Source of the DNA: Macrostomum hystrix
Taxonomy: Eukaryota > Animalia > Platyhelminthes
Length of the DNA: 64,000 bases
Direction: 5' to 3'
Assembly (NCBI GenBank): GCA_950097015.1
Contig: CATNEN010000015.1
Coordinates: forward strand, 806,001 to 870,000
Shown: piece after piece, positions 40,301-55,300 of the stretch
Position numbering within the stretch: position 1 is the stretch's first letter
How the letters are laid out: every line of letters starts with the position of its first letter
The notes under the pieces: model-generated
The model's input: the letters and a program-made list of their open reading frames with translations, nothing else
The model's database searches: none
What the model was told of the DNA's origin: nothing
Position numbers and translations under genes: made by a program

Positions 40301-43300
40301 AGCGTCTGAATCATGGCTAAACCAGAGTCTGAATCAAGGCTAAACCAGAGTCTGAATCATGGCTAAACCAGAGTCTGAATCATGGCTACACCAGAGTCTG
40401 AATCATGGCTACACCAGAGTCTGAATCATGGCTACACCAGAGTCTGAATCATGGCTAAACCAGAGTTTGAATCATAGCTAAACCAGAGTCTGAATCATGG
40501 CTAAACCAGAGTCTGAATCTTTGCTACACCAGAGTCTGAATCATGGCTCATAGCTAAACCAGAGTCTGAATCATGGCTAAACCAGAGTCTGAATCATGGC
40601 TACACCAGAGTCTGAATCATGGCTAAACCAGAGTTTAAATCAAAGCTAAACAAGCGTCTGAATCATGGCAAAACCAGAGTTTGAATCATAGCTAAACCAG
40701 AGTCTGAATCATGGCTAAACCAGAGTCTGAATCATGGCTAAACCAGAGTCTGAATCATGGCTAAACCAGAGTCTGAATCATGGCTAAACCAGAGTCTGAA
40801 TCATGGCTAAACCAGAGTCTGAATCATGGCTACACCAGAGTCTGAATCATGGCTAAACCAAAGTCTGAATCATTGCTACACCAGAGTCTGAATCATGGCT
40901 CATAGCTAAACCAGAGTCTGAATCATGGCTAAAACAGAGTCTGAATCATGGCTACACCAGAGTCTGAATCATGGCTAAACCAGAGTTTGAATCATAGCTA
41001 AACCAGAGTCTGAATCATGGCTAAACCAGAGTCTGAATCATTGCTACACCAGAGTCTGAATCATGGCTCATAGCTAAACCAGAGTCTGAATCATGGCTAA
41101 ACCAGAGTCTGAATCATGGCTACACCAGAGTCTGAATCATGGCTAAACCAGAGTTTAAATCAAAGCTAAACAAGCGTCTGAATCATGGCAAAACCAGAGT
41201 TTCAATCATGGCTAAACCAGAGACTAAATCATGGCTACACCAGGGTTTGAATCATGGCAAAACCAGAGTTTGAATCATGGCTAAACCAGAGTCTGAATCA
41301 TGGCTAAACCAGAGTCTGAATCATGGCTAAACCAGAGTCTGAATCATGGCTAAACCAGAGTCTGAATCATGGCTACACCAGAGTCTGAATCATGGCTAAA
41401 CCAGAGTTTAAATCAAAGCTAAACAAGCGTCTGAATCATGGCAAAACCAGAGTTTCAATCATGGCTAAACCAGAGACTAAATCATGGCTACACCAGGGTT
41501 TGAATCATGGCAAAACCAGAGTTTTAATCATGGCTAAACAAGAGTTTGAATGATGGCTAAACCAGAGTTTGAATCATGGCTAAACAAGCGTCTGAATCAT
41601 GGCTAAACCAGAGTCTGAATCATGGCTAAACCAGAGTTTGAATCATAGCTAAACCAGAGTCTGAATCATGGCTAAACCAGAGTCTGAATCATGGCTAAAC
41701 CAGAGTCTGAATCATGGCTAAACCAGAGTCTGAATCATGGCTAAACCAGAGTCTGAATCATGGCTAAACCAGAGTCTGAATCATGGCTAAACCAGAGTCT
41801 GAATCATGGCTACACCAGAGTCTGAATCATGGCTAAACCAAAGTCTGAATCATTGCTACACCAGAGTCTGAATCATGGCTCATAGCTAAACCAGAGTCTG
41901 AATCATGGCTAAACCAGAGTCTGAATCATGGCTACACCAGAGTCTGAATCATGGCTAAACCAGAGTTTAAATCAAAGCTAAACAAGCGTCTGAATCATGG
42001 CAAAACCAGAGTTTCAATCATGGCTAAACCAGAGACTAAATCATGGCTACACCAGGGTTTGAATCATGGCAAAACCAGAGTTTGAATCATGGCTAAACCA
42101 GAGTCTGAATCATGGCTAAACCAGAGTCTGAATCATGGCTAAACCAGAGTCTGAATCATGGCTAAACCAGAGTCTGAATCATGGCTAAACCAGAGTCTGA
42201 ATCATGGCTAAACCAGAGTCTGAATCATGGCTAAACCAGAGTCTGAATCATGGCTAAACCAGAGTCTGAATCATGGCTAAACCAGAGTCTGGATCATGGC
42301 TAAACCAGCGTCTGAATCATGGCTAAACCAGAGTCTGAATCAAGGCTAAACCAGAGTCTGAATCATGGCTAAACCAGAGTCTGAATCATGGCTACACCAG
42401 AGTCTGAATCATGGCTACACCAGAGTCTGAATCATGGCTACACCAGAGTCTGAATCATGGCTAAACCAGAGTTTGAATCATAGCTAAACCAGAGTCTGAA
42501 TCATGGCTAAACCAGAGTCTGAATCATTGCTACACCAGAGTCTGAATCATGGCTCATAGCTAAACCAGAGTCTGAATCATGGCTAAACCAGAGTCTGAAT
42601 CATGGCTACACCAGAGTCTGAATCATGGCTAAACCAGAGTTTAAATCAAAGCTAAACAAGCGTCTGAATCATGGCAAAACCAGAGTTTGAATCATAGCTA
42701 AACCAGAGTCTGAATCATGGCTAAACCAGAGTCTGAATCATGGCTAAACCAGAGTCTGAATCATGGCTAAACCAGAGTCTGAATCATGGCTAAACCAGAG
42801 TCTGAATCATGGCTAAACCAGAGTCTGAATCATGGCTACACCAGAGTCTGAATCATGGCTAAACCAAAGTCTGAATCATTGCTACACCAGAGTCTGAATC
42901 ATGGCTCATAGCTAAACCAGAGTCTGAATCATGGCTAAACCAGAGTCTGAATCATGGCTACACCAGAGTCTGAATCATGGCTAAACCAGAGTTTGAATCA
43001 TAGCTAAACCAGAGTCTGAATCATGGCTAAACCAGAGTCTGAATCATTGCTACACCAGAGTCTGAATCATGGCTCATAGCTAAACCAGAGTCTGAATCAT
43101 GGCTAAACCAGAGTCTGAATCATGGCTACACCAGAGTCTGAATCATGGCTAAACCAGAGTTTAAATCAAAGCTAAACAAGCGTCTGAATCATGGCAAAAC
43201 CAGAGTTTCAATCATGGCTAAACCAGAGACTAAATCATGGCTACACCAGGGTTTGAATCATGGCAAAACCAGAGTTTTAATCATGGCTAAACAAGAGTTT

Positions 43301-46300
43301 GAATGATGGCTAAACCAGAGTTTGAATCATGGCTAAACAAGCGTCTGAATCATGGCTAAACCAGAGTCTGAATCATGGCTAAACCAGAGTTTGAATCATA
43401 GCTAAACCAGAGTCTGAATCATGGCTAAACCAGAGTCTGAATCATGGCTAAACCAGAGTCTGAATCATGGCTAAACCAGAGTCTGAATCATGGCTAAACC
43501 AGAGTCTGAATCATGGCTAAACCAGAGTCTGAATCATGGCTAAACCAGAGTCTGAATCATGGCTACACCAGAGTCTGAATCATGGCTAAACCAAAGTCTG
43601 AATCATTGCTACACCAGAGTCTGAATCATGGCTCATAGCTAAACCAGAGTCTGAATCATGGCTAAACCAGAGTCTGAATCATGGCTACACCAGAGTCTGA
43701 ATCATGGCTAAACCAGAGTTTAAATCAAAGCTAAACAAGCGTCTGAATCATGGCAAAACCAGAGTTTCAATCATGGCTAAACCAGAGACTAAATCATGGC
43801 TACACCAGGGTTTGAATCATGGCAAAACCAGAGTTTGAATCATGGCTAAACCAGAGTCTGAATCATGGCTAAACCAGAGTCTGAATCATGGCTAAACCAG
43901 AGTCTGAATCATGGCTAAACCAGAGTCTGAATCATGGCTAAACCAGAGTCTGAATCATGGCTAAACCAGAGTCAGAATCATGGCTAAACCAGAGTCTGAA
44001 TCATGGCTAAACCAGAGTCTGAATCATGGCTAAACCAGAGTCTGGATCATGGCTAAACCAGCGTCTGAATCATGGCTAAACCAGAGTCTGAATCAAGGCT
44101 AAACCAGAGTCTGAATCATGGCTAAACCAGAGTCTGAATCATGGCTACACCAGAGTCTGAATCATGGCTACACCAGAGTCTGAATCATGGCTACACCAGA
44201 GTCTGAATCATGGCTAAACCAGAGTTTGAATCATAGCTAAACCAGAGTCTGAATCATGGCTAAACCAGAGTCTGAATCATTGCTACACCAGAGTCTGAAT
44301 CATGGCTCATAGCTAAACCAGAGTCTGAATCATGGCTAAACCAGAGTCTGAATCATGGCTACACCAGAGTCTGAATCATGGCTAAACCAGAGTTTAAATC
44401 AAAGCTAAACAAGCGTCTGAATCATGGCAAAACCAGAGTTTGAATCATAGCTAAACCAGAGTCTGAATCATGGCTAAACCAGAGTCTGAATCATGGCTAA
44501 ACCAGAGTCTGAATCATGGCTAAACCAGAGTCTGAATCATGGCTAAACCAGAGTCTGAATCATGGCTAAACCAGAGTCTGAATCATGGCTACACCAGAGT
44601 CTGAATCATGGCTAAACCAAAGTCTGAATCATTGCTACACCAGAGTCTGAATCATGGCTCATAGCTAAACCAGAGTCTGAATCATGGCTAAACCAGAGTC
44701 TGAATCATAGCTAAACCAGAGTCTGAATCATGGCTAAACCAGAGTCTGAATCATTGCTACACCAGAGTCTGAATCATGGCTCATAGCTAAACCAGAGTCT
44801 GAATCATGGCTAAACCAGAGTCTGAATCATGGCTACACCAGAGTCTGAATCATGGCTAAACCAGAGTTTAAATCAAAGCTAAACAAGCGTCTGAATCATG
44901 GCAAAACCAGAGTTTGAATCATAGCTAAACCAGAGTCTGAATCATGGCTAAACCAGAGTCTGAATCATGGCTAAACCAGAGTCTGAATCATGGCTAAACC
45001 AGAGTCTGAATCATGGCTAAACCAGAGTCTGAATCATGGCTAAACCAGAGTCTGAATCATGGCTACACCAGAGTCTGAATCATGGCTAAACCAAAGTCTG
45101 AATCATTGCTACACCAGAGTCTGAATCATGGCTCATAGCTAAACCAGAGTCTGAATCATGGCTAAACCAGAGTCTGAATCATGGCTACACCAGAGTCTGA
45201 ATCATGGCTAAACCAGAGTTTGAATCATAGCTAAACCAGAGTCTGAATCATGGCTAAACCAGAGTCTGAATCATTGCTACACCAGAGTCTGAATCATGGC
45301 TCATAGCTAAACCAGAGTCTGAATCATGGCTAAACCAGAGTCTGAATCATGGCTACACCAGAGTCTGAATCATGGCTAAACCAGAGTTTAAATCAAAGCT
45401 AAACAAGCGTCTGAATCATGGCAAAACCAGAGTTTCAATCATGGCTAAACCAGAGACTAAATCATGGCTACACCAGGGTTTGAATCATGGCAAAACCAGA
45501 GTTTTAATCATGGCTAAACAAGAGTTTGAATGATGGCTAAACCAGAGTTTGAATCATGGCTAAACAAGCGTCTGAATCATGGCTAAACCAGAGTCTGAAT
45601 CATGGCTAAACCAGAGTTTGAATCATAGCTAAACCAGAGTCTGAATCATGGCTAAACCAGAGTCTGAATCATGGCTAAACCAGAGTCTGAATCATGGCTA
45701 AACCAGAGTCTGAATCATGGCTAAACCAGAGTCTGAATCATGGCTAAACCAGAGTCTGAATCATGGCTAAACCAGAGTCTGAATCATGGCTACACCAGAG
45801 TCTGAATCATGGCTAAACCAAAGTCTGAATCATTGCTACACCAGAGTCTGAATCATGGCTCATAGCTAAACCAGAGTCTGAATCATGGCTAAACCAGAGT
45901 CTGAATCATGGCTACACCAGAGTCTGAATCATGGCTAAACCAGAGTTTAAATCAAAGCTAAACAAGCGTCTGAATCATGGCAAAACCAGAGTTTCAATCA
46001 TGGCTAAACCAGAGACTAAATCATGGCTACACCAGGGTTTGAATCATGGCAAAACCAGAGTTTGAATCATGGCTAAACCAGAGTCTGAATCATGGCTAAA
46101 CCAGAGTCTGAATCATGGCTAAACCAGAGTCTGAATCATGGCTAAACCAGAGTCTGAATCATGGCTAAACCAGAGTCTGAATCATGGCTAAACCAGAGTC
46201 TGAATCATGGCTAAACCAGAGTCTGAATCATGGCTAAACCAGAGTCTGAATCATGGCTAAACCAGAGTCTGGATCATGGCTAAACCAGCGTCTGAATCAT

Positions 46301-49300
46301 GGCTAAACCAGAGTCTGAATCAAGGCTAAACCAGAGTCTGAATCATGGCTAAACCAGAGTCTGAATCATGGCTACACCAGAGTCTGAATCATGGCTACAC
46401 CAGAGTCTGAATCATGGCTACACCAGAGTCTGAATCATGGCTAAACCAGAGTTTGAATCATAGCTAAACCAGAGTCTGAATCATGGCTAAACCAGAGTCT
46501 GAATCATTGCTACACCAGAGTCTGAATCATGGCTCATAGCTAAACCAGAGTCTGAATCATGGCTAAACCAGAGTCTGAATCATGGCTACACCAGAGTCTG
46601 AATCATGGCTAAACCAGAGTTTAAATCAAAGCTAAACAAGCGTCTGAATCATGGCAAAACCAGAGTTTGAATCATAGCTAAACCAGAGTCTGAATCATGG
46701 CTAAACCAGAGTCTGAATCATGGCTAAACCAGAGTCTGAATCATGGCTAAACCAGAGTCTGAATCATGGCTAAACCAGAGTCTGAATCATGGCTAAACCA
46801 GAGTCTGAATCATGGCTAAACCAGAGTCTGAATCATGGCTAAACCAGAGTCTGAATCATGGCTAAACCAGAGTCTGAATCATGGCTAAACCAGAGTCTGA
46901 ATCATGGCTAAACCAGAGTCTGGATCATGGCTAAACCAGCGTCTGAATCATGGCTAAACCAGAGTCTGAATCAAGGCTAAACCAGAGTCTGAATCATGGC
47001 TAAACCAGAGTCTGAATCATGGCTACACCAGAGTCTGAATCATGGCTACACCAGAGTCTGAATCATGGCTACACCAGAGTCTGAATCATGGCTAAACCAG
47101 AGTTTGAATCATAGCTAAACCAGAGTCTGAATCATGGCTAAACCAGAGTCTGAATCATTGCTACACCAGAGTCTGAATCATGGCTCATAGCTAAACCAGA
47201 GTCTGAATCATGGCTAAACCAGAGTCTGAATCATGGCTACACCAGAGTCTGAATCATGGCTAAACCAGAGTTTAAATCAAAGCTAAACAAGCGTCTGAAT
47301 CATGGCAAAACCAGAGTTTGAATCATAGCTAAACCAGAGTCTGAATCATGGCTAAACCAGAGTCTGAATCATGGCTAAACCAGAGTCTGAATCATGGCTA
47401 AACCAGAGTCTGAATCATGGCTAAACCAGAGTCTGAATCATGGCTAAACCAGAGTCTGAATCATGGCTACACCAGAGTCTGAATCATGGCTAAACCAAAG
47501 TCTGAATCATTGCTACACCAGAGTCTGAATCATGGCTCATAGCTAAACCAGAGTCTGAATCATGGCTAAAACAGAGTCTGAATCATGGCTACACCAGAGT
47601 CTGAATCATGGCTAAACCAGAGTTTGAATCATAGCTAAACCAGAGTCTGAATCATGGCTAAACCAGAGTCTGAATCATTGCTACACCAGAGTCTGAATCA
47701 TGGCTCATAGCTAAACCAGAGTCTGAATCATGGCTAAACCAGAGTCTGAATCATGGCTACACCAGAGTCTGAATCATGGCTAAACCAGAGTTTAAATCAA
47801 AGCTAAACAAGCGTCTGAATCATGGCAAAACCAGAGTTTCAATCATGGCTAAACCAGAGACTAAATCATGGCTACACCAGGGTTTGAATCATGGCAAAAC
47901 CAGAGTTTGAATCATGGCTAAACCAGAGTCTGAATCATGGCTAAACCAGAGTCTGAATCATGGCTAAACCAGAGTCTGAATCATGGCTAAACCAGAGTCT
48001 GAATCATGGCTACACCAGAGTCTGAATCATGGCTAAACCAGAGTTTAAATCAAAGCTAAACAAGCGTCTGAATCATGGCAAAACCAGAGTTTCAATCATG
48101 GCTAAACCAGAGACTAAATCATGGCTACACCAGGGTTTGAATCATGGCAAAACCAGAGTTTTAATCATGGCTAAACAAGAGTTTGAATGATGGCTAAACC
48201 AGAGTTTGAATCATGGCTAAACAAGCGTCTGAATCATGGCTAAACCAGAGTCTGAATCATGGCTAAACCAGAGTTTGAATCATAGCTAAACCAGAGTCTG
48301 AATCATGGCTAAACCAGAGTCTGAATCATGGCTAAACCAGAGTCTGAATCATGGCTAAACCAGAGTCTGAATCATGGCTAAACCAGAGTCTGAATCATGG
48401 CTAAACCAGAGTCTGAATCATGGCTAAACCAGAGTCTGAATCATGGCTACACCAGAGTCTGAATCATGGCTAAACCAAAGTCTGAATCATTGCTACACCA
48501 GAGTCTGAATCATGGCTCATAGCTAAACCAGAGTCTGAATCATGGCTAAACCAGAGTCTGAATCATGGCTACACCAGAGTCTGAATCATGGCTAAACCAG
48601 AGTTTAAATCAAAGCTAAACAAGCGTCTGAATCATGGCAAAACCAGAGTTTGAATCATAGCTAAACCAGAGTCTGAATCATGGCTAAACCAGAGTCTGAA
48701 TCATGGCTAAACCAGAGTCTGAATCATGGCTAAACCAGAGTCTGAATCATGGCTAAACCAGAGTCTGAATCATGGCTAAACCAGAGTCTGAATCATGGCT
48801 ACACCAGAGTCTGAATCATGGCTAAACCAAAGTCTGAATCATTGCTACACCAGAGTCTGAATCATGGCTCATAGCTAAACCAGAGTCTGAATCATGGCTA
48901 AACCAGAGTCTGAATCATGGCTACACCAGAGTCTGAATCATGGCTAAACCAGAGTTTGAATCATAGCTAAACCAGAGTCTGAATCATGGCTAAACCAGAG
49001 TCTGAATCATTGCTACACCAGAGTCTGAATCATGGCTCATAGCTAAACCAGAGTCTGAATCATGGCTAAACCAGAGTCTGAATCATGGCTACACCAGAGT
49101 CTGAATCATGGCTAAACCAGAGTTTAAATCAAAGCTAAACAAGCGTCTGAATCATGGCAAAACCAGAGTTTCAATCATGGCTAAACCAGAGACTAAATCA
49201 TGGCTACACCAGGGTTTGAATCATGGCAAAACCAGAGTTTTAATCATGGCTAAACAAGAGTTTGAATGATGGCTAAACCAGAGTTTGAATCATGGCTAAA

Positions 49301-52300
49301 CAAGCGTCTGAATCATGGCTAAACCAGAGTCTGAATCATGGCTAAACCAGAGTTTGAATCATAGCTAAACCAGAGTCTGAATCATGGCTAAACCAGAGTC
49401 TGAATCATGGCTAAACCAGAGTCTGAATCATGGCTAAACCAGAGTCTGAATCATGGCTAAACCAGAGTCTGAATCATGGCTAAACCAGAGTCTGAATCAT
49501 GGCTAAACCAGAGTCTGAATCATGGCTACACCAGAGTCTGAATCATGGCTAAACCAAAGTCTGAATCATTGCTACACCAGAGTCTGAATCATGGCTCATA
49601 GCTAAACCAGAGTCTGAATCATGGCTAAACCAGAGTCTGAATCATGGCTACACCAGAGTCTGAATCATGGCTAAACCAGAGTTTAAATCAAAGCTAAACA
49701 AGCGTCTGAATCATGGCAAAACCAGAGTTTCAATCATGGCTAAACCAGAGACTAAATCATGGCTACACCAGGGTTTGAATCATGGCAAAACCAGAGTTTG
49801 AATCATGGCTAAACCAGAGTCTGAATCATGGCTAAACCAGAGTCTGAATCATGGCTAAACCAGAGTCTGAATCATGGCTAAACCAGAGTCTGAATCATGG
49901 CTAAACCAGAGTCTGAATCATGGCTAAACCAGAGTCAGAATCATGGCTAAACCAGAGTCTGAATCATGGCTAAACCAGAGTCTGAATCATGGCTAAACCA
50001 GAGTCTGGATCATGGCTAAACCAGCGTCTGAATCATGGCTAAACCAGAGTCTGAATCAAGGCTAAACCAGAGTCTGAATCATGGCTAAACCAGAGTCTGA
50101 ATCATGGCTACACCAGAGTCTGAATCATGGCTACACCAGAGTCTGAATCATGGCTACACCAGAGTCTGAATCATGGCTAAACCAGAGTTTGAATCATAGC
50201 TAAACCAGAGTCTGAATCATGGCTAAACCAGAGTCTGAATCATTGCTACACCAGAGTCTGAATCATGGCTCATAGCTAAACCAGAGTCTGAATCATGGCT
50301 AAACCAGAGTCTGAATCATGGCTACACCAGAGTCTGAATCATGGCTAAACCAGAGTTTAAATCAAAGCTAAACAAGCGTCTGAATCATGGCAAAACCAGA
50401 GTTTGAATCATAGCTAAACCAGAGTCTGAATCATGGCTAAACCAGAGTCTGAATCATGGCTAAACCAGAGTCTGAATCATGGCTAAACCAGAGTCTGAAT
50501 CATGGCTAAACCAGAGTCTGAATCATGGCTAAACCAGAGTCTGAATCATGGCTACACCAGAGTCTGAATCATGGCTAAACCAAAGTCTGAATCATTGCTA
50601 CACCAGAGTCTGAATCATGGCTCATAGCTAAACCAGAGTCTGAATCATGGCTAAACCAGAGTCTGAATCATGGCTACACCAGAGTCTGAATCATGGCTAA
50701 ACCAGAGTTTGAATCATAGCTAAACCAGAGTCTGAATCATGGCTAAACCAGAGTCTGAATCATTGCTACACCAGAGTCTGAATCATGGCTCATAGCTAAA
50801 CCAGAGTCTGAATCATGGCTAAACCAGAGTCTGAATCATGGCTACACCAGAGTCTGAATCATGGCTAAACCAGAGTTTAAATCAAAGCTAAACAAGCGTC
50901 TGAATCATGGCAAAACCAGAGTTTGAATCATAGCTAAACCAGAGTCTGAATCATGGCTAAACCAGAGTCTGAATCATGGCTAAACCAGAGTCTGAATCAT
51001 GGCTAAACCAGAGTCTGAATCATGGCTAAACCAGAGTCTGAATCATGGCTAAACCAGAGTCTGAATCATGGCTAAACCAAAGTCTGAATCATTGCTACAC
51101 CAGAGTCTGAATCATGGCTCATAGCTAAACCAGAGTCTGAATCATGGCTAAACCAGAGTCTGAATCATGGCTACACCAGAGTCTGAATCATGGCTAAACC
51201 AGAGTTTAAATCAAAGCTAAACAAGCGTCTGAATCATGGCAAAACCAGAGTTTCAATCATGGCTAAACCAGAGACTAAATCATGGCTACACCAGGGTTTG
51301 AATCATGGCAAAACCAGAGTTTGAATCATGGCTAAACCAGAGTCTGAATCATGGCTAAACCAGAGTCTGAATCATGGCTAAACCAGAGTCTGAATCATGG
51401 CTAAACCAGAGTCTGAATCATGGCTAAACCAGAGTCTGAATCATGGCTAAACCAGAGTCAGAATCATGGCTAAACCAGAGTCTGAATCATGGCTAAACCA
51501 GAGTCTGAATCATGGCTAAACCAGAGTCTGGATCATGGCTAAACCAGCGTCTGAATCATGGCTAAACCAGAGTCTGAATCAAGGCTAAACCAGAGTCTGA
51601 ATCATGGCTAAACCAGAGTCTGAATCATGGCTACACCAGAGTCTGAATCATGGCTACACCAGAGTCTGAATCATGGCTACACCAGAGTCTGAATCATGGC
51701 TAAACCAGAGTTTGAATCATAGCTAAACCAGAGTCTGAATCATGGCTAAACCAGAGTCTGAATCATGGCTAAACCAGAGTCTGAATCATGGCTAAACCAG
51801 AGTCTGAATCATGGCTAAACCAGAGTCTGAATCATGGCTAAACCAGAGTCTGAATCATGGCTACACCAGAGTCTGAATCATGGCTAAACCAAAGTCTGAA
51901 TCATTGCTACACCAGAGTCTGAATCATGGCTCATAGCTAAACCAGAGTCTGAATCATGGCTAAACCAGAGTCTGAATCATGGCTACACCAGAGTCTGAAT
52001 CATGGCTAAACCAGAGTTTGAATCATAGCTAAACCAGAGTCTGAATCATGGCTAAACCAGAGTCTGAATCATTGCTACACCAGAGTCTGAATCATGGCTC
52101 ATAGCTAAACCAGAGTCTGAATCATGGCTAAACCAGAGTCTGAATCATGGCTACACCAGAGTCTGAATCATGGCTAAACCAGAGTTTAAATCAAAGCTAA
52201 ACAAGCGTCTGAATCATGGCAAAACCAGAGTTTGAATCATAGCTAAACCAGAGTCTGAATCATGGCTAAACCAGAGTCTGAATCATGGCTAAACCAGAGT

Positions 52301-55300
52301 CTGAATCATGGCTAAACCAGAGTCTGAATCATGGCTAAACCAAAGTCTGAATCATTGCTACACCAGAGTCTGAATCATGGCTCATAGCTAAACCAGAGTC
52401 TGAATCATGGCTAAACCAGAGTCTGAATCATGGCTACACCAGAGTCTGAATCATGGCTAAACCAGAGTTTAAATCAAAGCTAAACAAGCGTCTGAATCAT
52501 GGCAAAACCAGAGTTTCAATCATGGCTAAACCAGAGACTAAATCATGGCTACACCAGGGTTTGAATCATGGCAAAACCAGAGTTTTAATCATGGCTAAAC
52601 AAGAGTTTGAATGATGGCTAAACCAGAGTTTGAATCATGGCTAAACAAGCGTCTGAATCATGGCTAAACCAGAGTCTGAATCATGGCTAAACCAGAGTTT
52701 GAATCATAGCTAAACCAGAGTCTGAATCATGGCTAAACCAGAGTCTGAATCATGGCTAAACCAGAGTCTGAATCATGGCTAAACCAGAGTCTGAATCATG
52801 GCTAAACCAGAGTCTGAATCATGGCTAAACCAGAGTCTGAATCATGGCTAAACCAGAGTCTGAATCATGGCTACACCAGAGTCTGAATCATGGCTAAACC
52901 AAAGTCTGAATCATTGCTACACCAGAGTCTGAATCATGGCTCATAGCTAAACCAGAGTCTGAATCATGGCTAAACCAGAGTCTGAATCATGGCTACACCA
53001 GAGTCTGAATCATGGCTAAACCAGAGTTTAAATCAAAGCTAAACAAGCGTCTGAATCATGGCAAAACCAGAGTTTCAATCATGGCTAAACCAGAGACTAA
53101 ATCATGGCTACACCAGGGTTTGAATCATGGCAAAACCAGAGTTTGAATCATGGCTAAACAAGAGTTTGAATCATGGCTAAACCAGAGTTTGAATCATGGC
53201 TAAACAAGCGTCTGAATCATGGCTAAACCAGAGTCTGAATCATGGCTAAACCAGAGTCTGAATCATGGCTCAACCAGAGTCTGGATCATGGCTAAACCAG
53301 AGTCTGAATCATGGCTAAACCAGAGTCTGAATCATGGCTAAACCAGAGTCTGAATCATGGCTAAACCAGAGTCTGAATCATGGCTAAACCAGAGTCTGAA
53401 TCATGGCTAAACCAGAGTCTGGATCATGGCTAAACCAGAGTCTGAATCATGGCTAAACCAGAGTCTGAATTATGGCTAAACCAGAGTCTGAATCATTGCT
53501 AAACCAGAGTCTGAATCATGGCTACACCAGAGTCTGAATCATGGCTACACCAGAGTCTGAATCATGGCTAAACCAAAGTCTGAATCATTGCTACACCAGA
53601 GTCTGAATCATGGCTCATAGCTAAACCAGAGTCTGAATCATGGCTAAACCAGAGTCTGAATCATGGCTACACCAGAGTCTGAATCATGGCTAAACCAGAG
53701 TTTGAATCATAGCTAAACCAGAGTCTGAATCATGGCTAAACCAGAGTCTGAATCATTGCTACACCAGAGTCTGAATCATGGCTCATAGCTAAACCAGAGT
53801 CTGAATCATGGCTAAACCAGAGTCTGAATCATGGCTACACCAGAGTCTGAATCATGGCTAAACCAGAGTTTAAATCAAAGCTAAACAAGCGTCTGAATCA
53901 TGGCAAAACCAGAGTTTGAATCATAGCTAAACCAGAGTCTGAATCATGGCTAAACCAGAGTCTGAATCATGGCTAAACCAGAGTCTGAATCATGGCTAAA
54001 CCAGAGTCTGAATCATGGCTAAACCAGAGTCTGAATCATGGCTACACCAGAGTCTGAATCATGGCTACACCAGAGTCTGAATCATGGCTAAACCAAAGTC
54101 TGAATCATGGCTCATAGCTAAACCAGAGTCTGAATCATGGCTAAACCAGAGTCTGAATCATGGCTACACCAGAGTCTGAATCATGGCTAAACCAGAGTTT
54201 AAATCAAAGCTAAACAAGCGTCTGAATCATGGCAAAACCAGAGTTTCAATCATGGCTAAACCAGAGACTAAATCATGGCTACACCAGGGTTTGAATCATG
54301 GCAAAACCAGAGTTTTAATCATGGCTAAACAAGAGTTTGAATGATGGCTAAACCAGAGTTTGAATCATGGCTAAACAAGCGTCTGAATCATGGCTAAACC
54401 AGAGTCTGAATCATGGCTAAACCAGAGTTTGAATCATAGCTAAACCAGAGTCTGAATCATGGCTAAACCAGAGTCTGAATCATGGCTAAACCAGAGTCTG
54501 AATCATGGCTAAACCAGAGTCTGAATCATGGCTAAACCAGAGTCTGAATCATGGCTAAACCAGAGTCTGAATCATGGCTACACCAGAGTCTGAATCATGG
54601 CTAAACCAAAGTCTGAATCATTGCTACACCAGAGTCTGAATCATGGCTCATAGCTAAACCAGAGTCTGAATCATGGCTAAACCAGAGTCTGAATCATGGC
54701 TACACCAGAGTCTGAATCATGGCTAAACCAGAGTTTAAATCAAAGCTAAACAAGCGTCTGAATCATGGCAAAACCAGAGTTTCAATCATGGCTAAACCAG
54801 AGACTAAATCATGGCTACACCAGGGTTTGAATCATGGCAAAACCAGAGTTTGAATCATGGCTAAACAAGAGTTTGAATCATGGCTAAACCAGAGTTTGAA
54901 TCATGGCTAAACAAGCGTCTGAATCATGGCTAAACCAGAGTCTGAATCATGGCTAAACCAGAGTCTGAATCATGGCTAAACCAGAGTCTGGATCATGGCT
55001 AAACCAGAGTCTGAATCATGGCTAAACCAGAGTCTGAATCATGGCTAAACCAGAGTCTGAATCATGGCTAAACCAGAGTCTGAATCATGGCTAAACCAGA
55101 GTCTGAATCATGGCTAAACCAGAGTCTGGATCATGGCTAAACCAGAGTCTGAATCATGGCTAAACCAGAGTCTGAATTATGGCTAAACCAGAGTCTGAAT
55201 CATGGCTAAACCAGAGTCTGAATCATGGCTACACCAGAGTCTGAATCATGGCTACACCAGAGTCTGAATCATGGCTACACCAGAGTCTGAATCATGGCTA

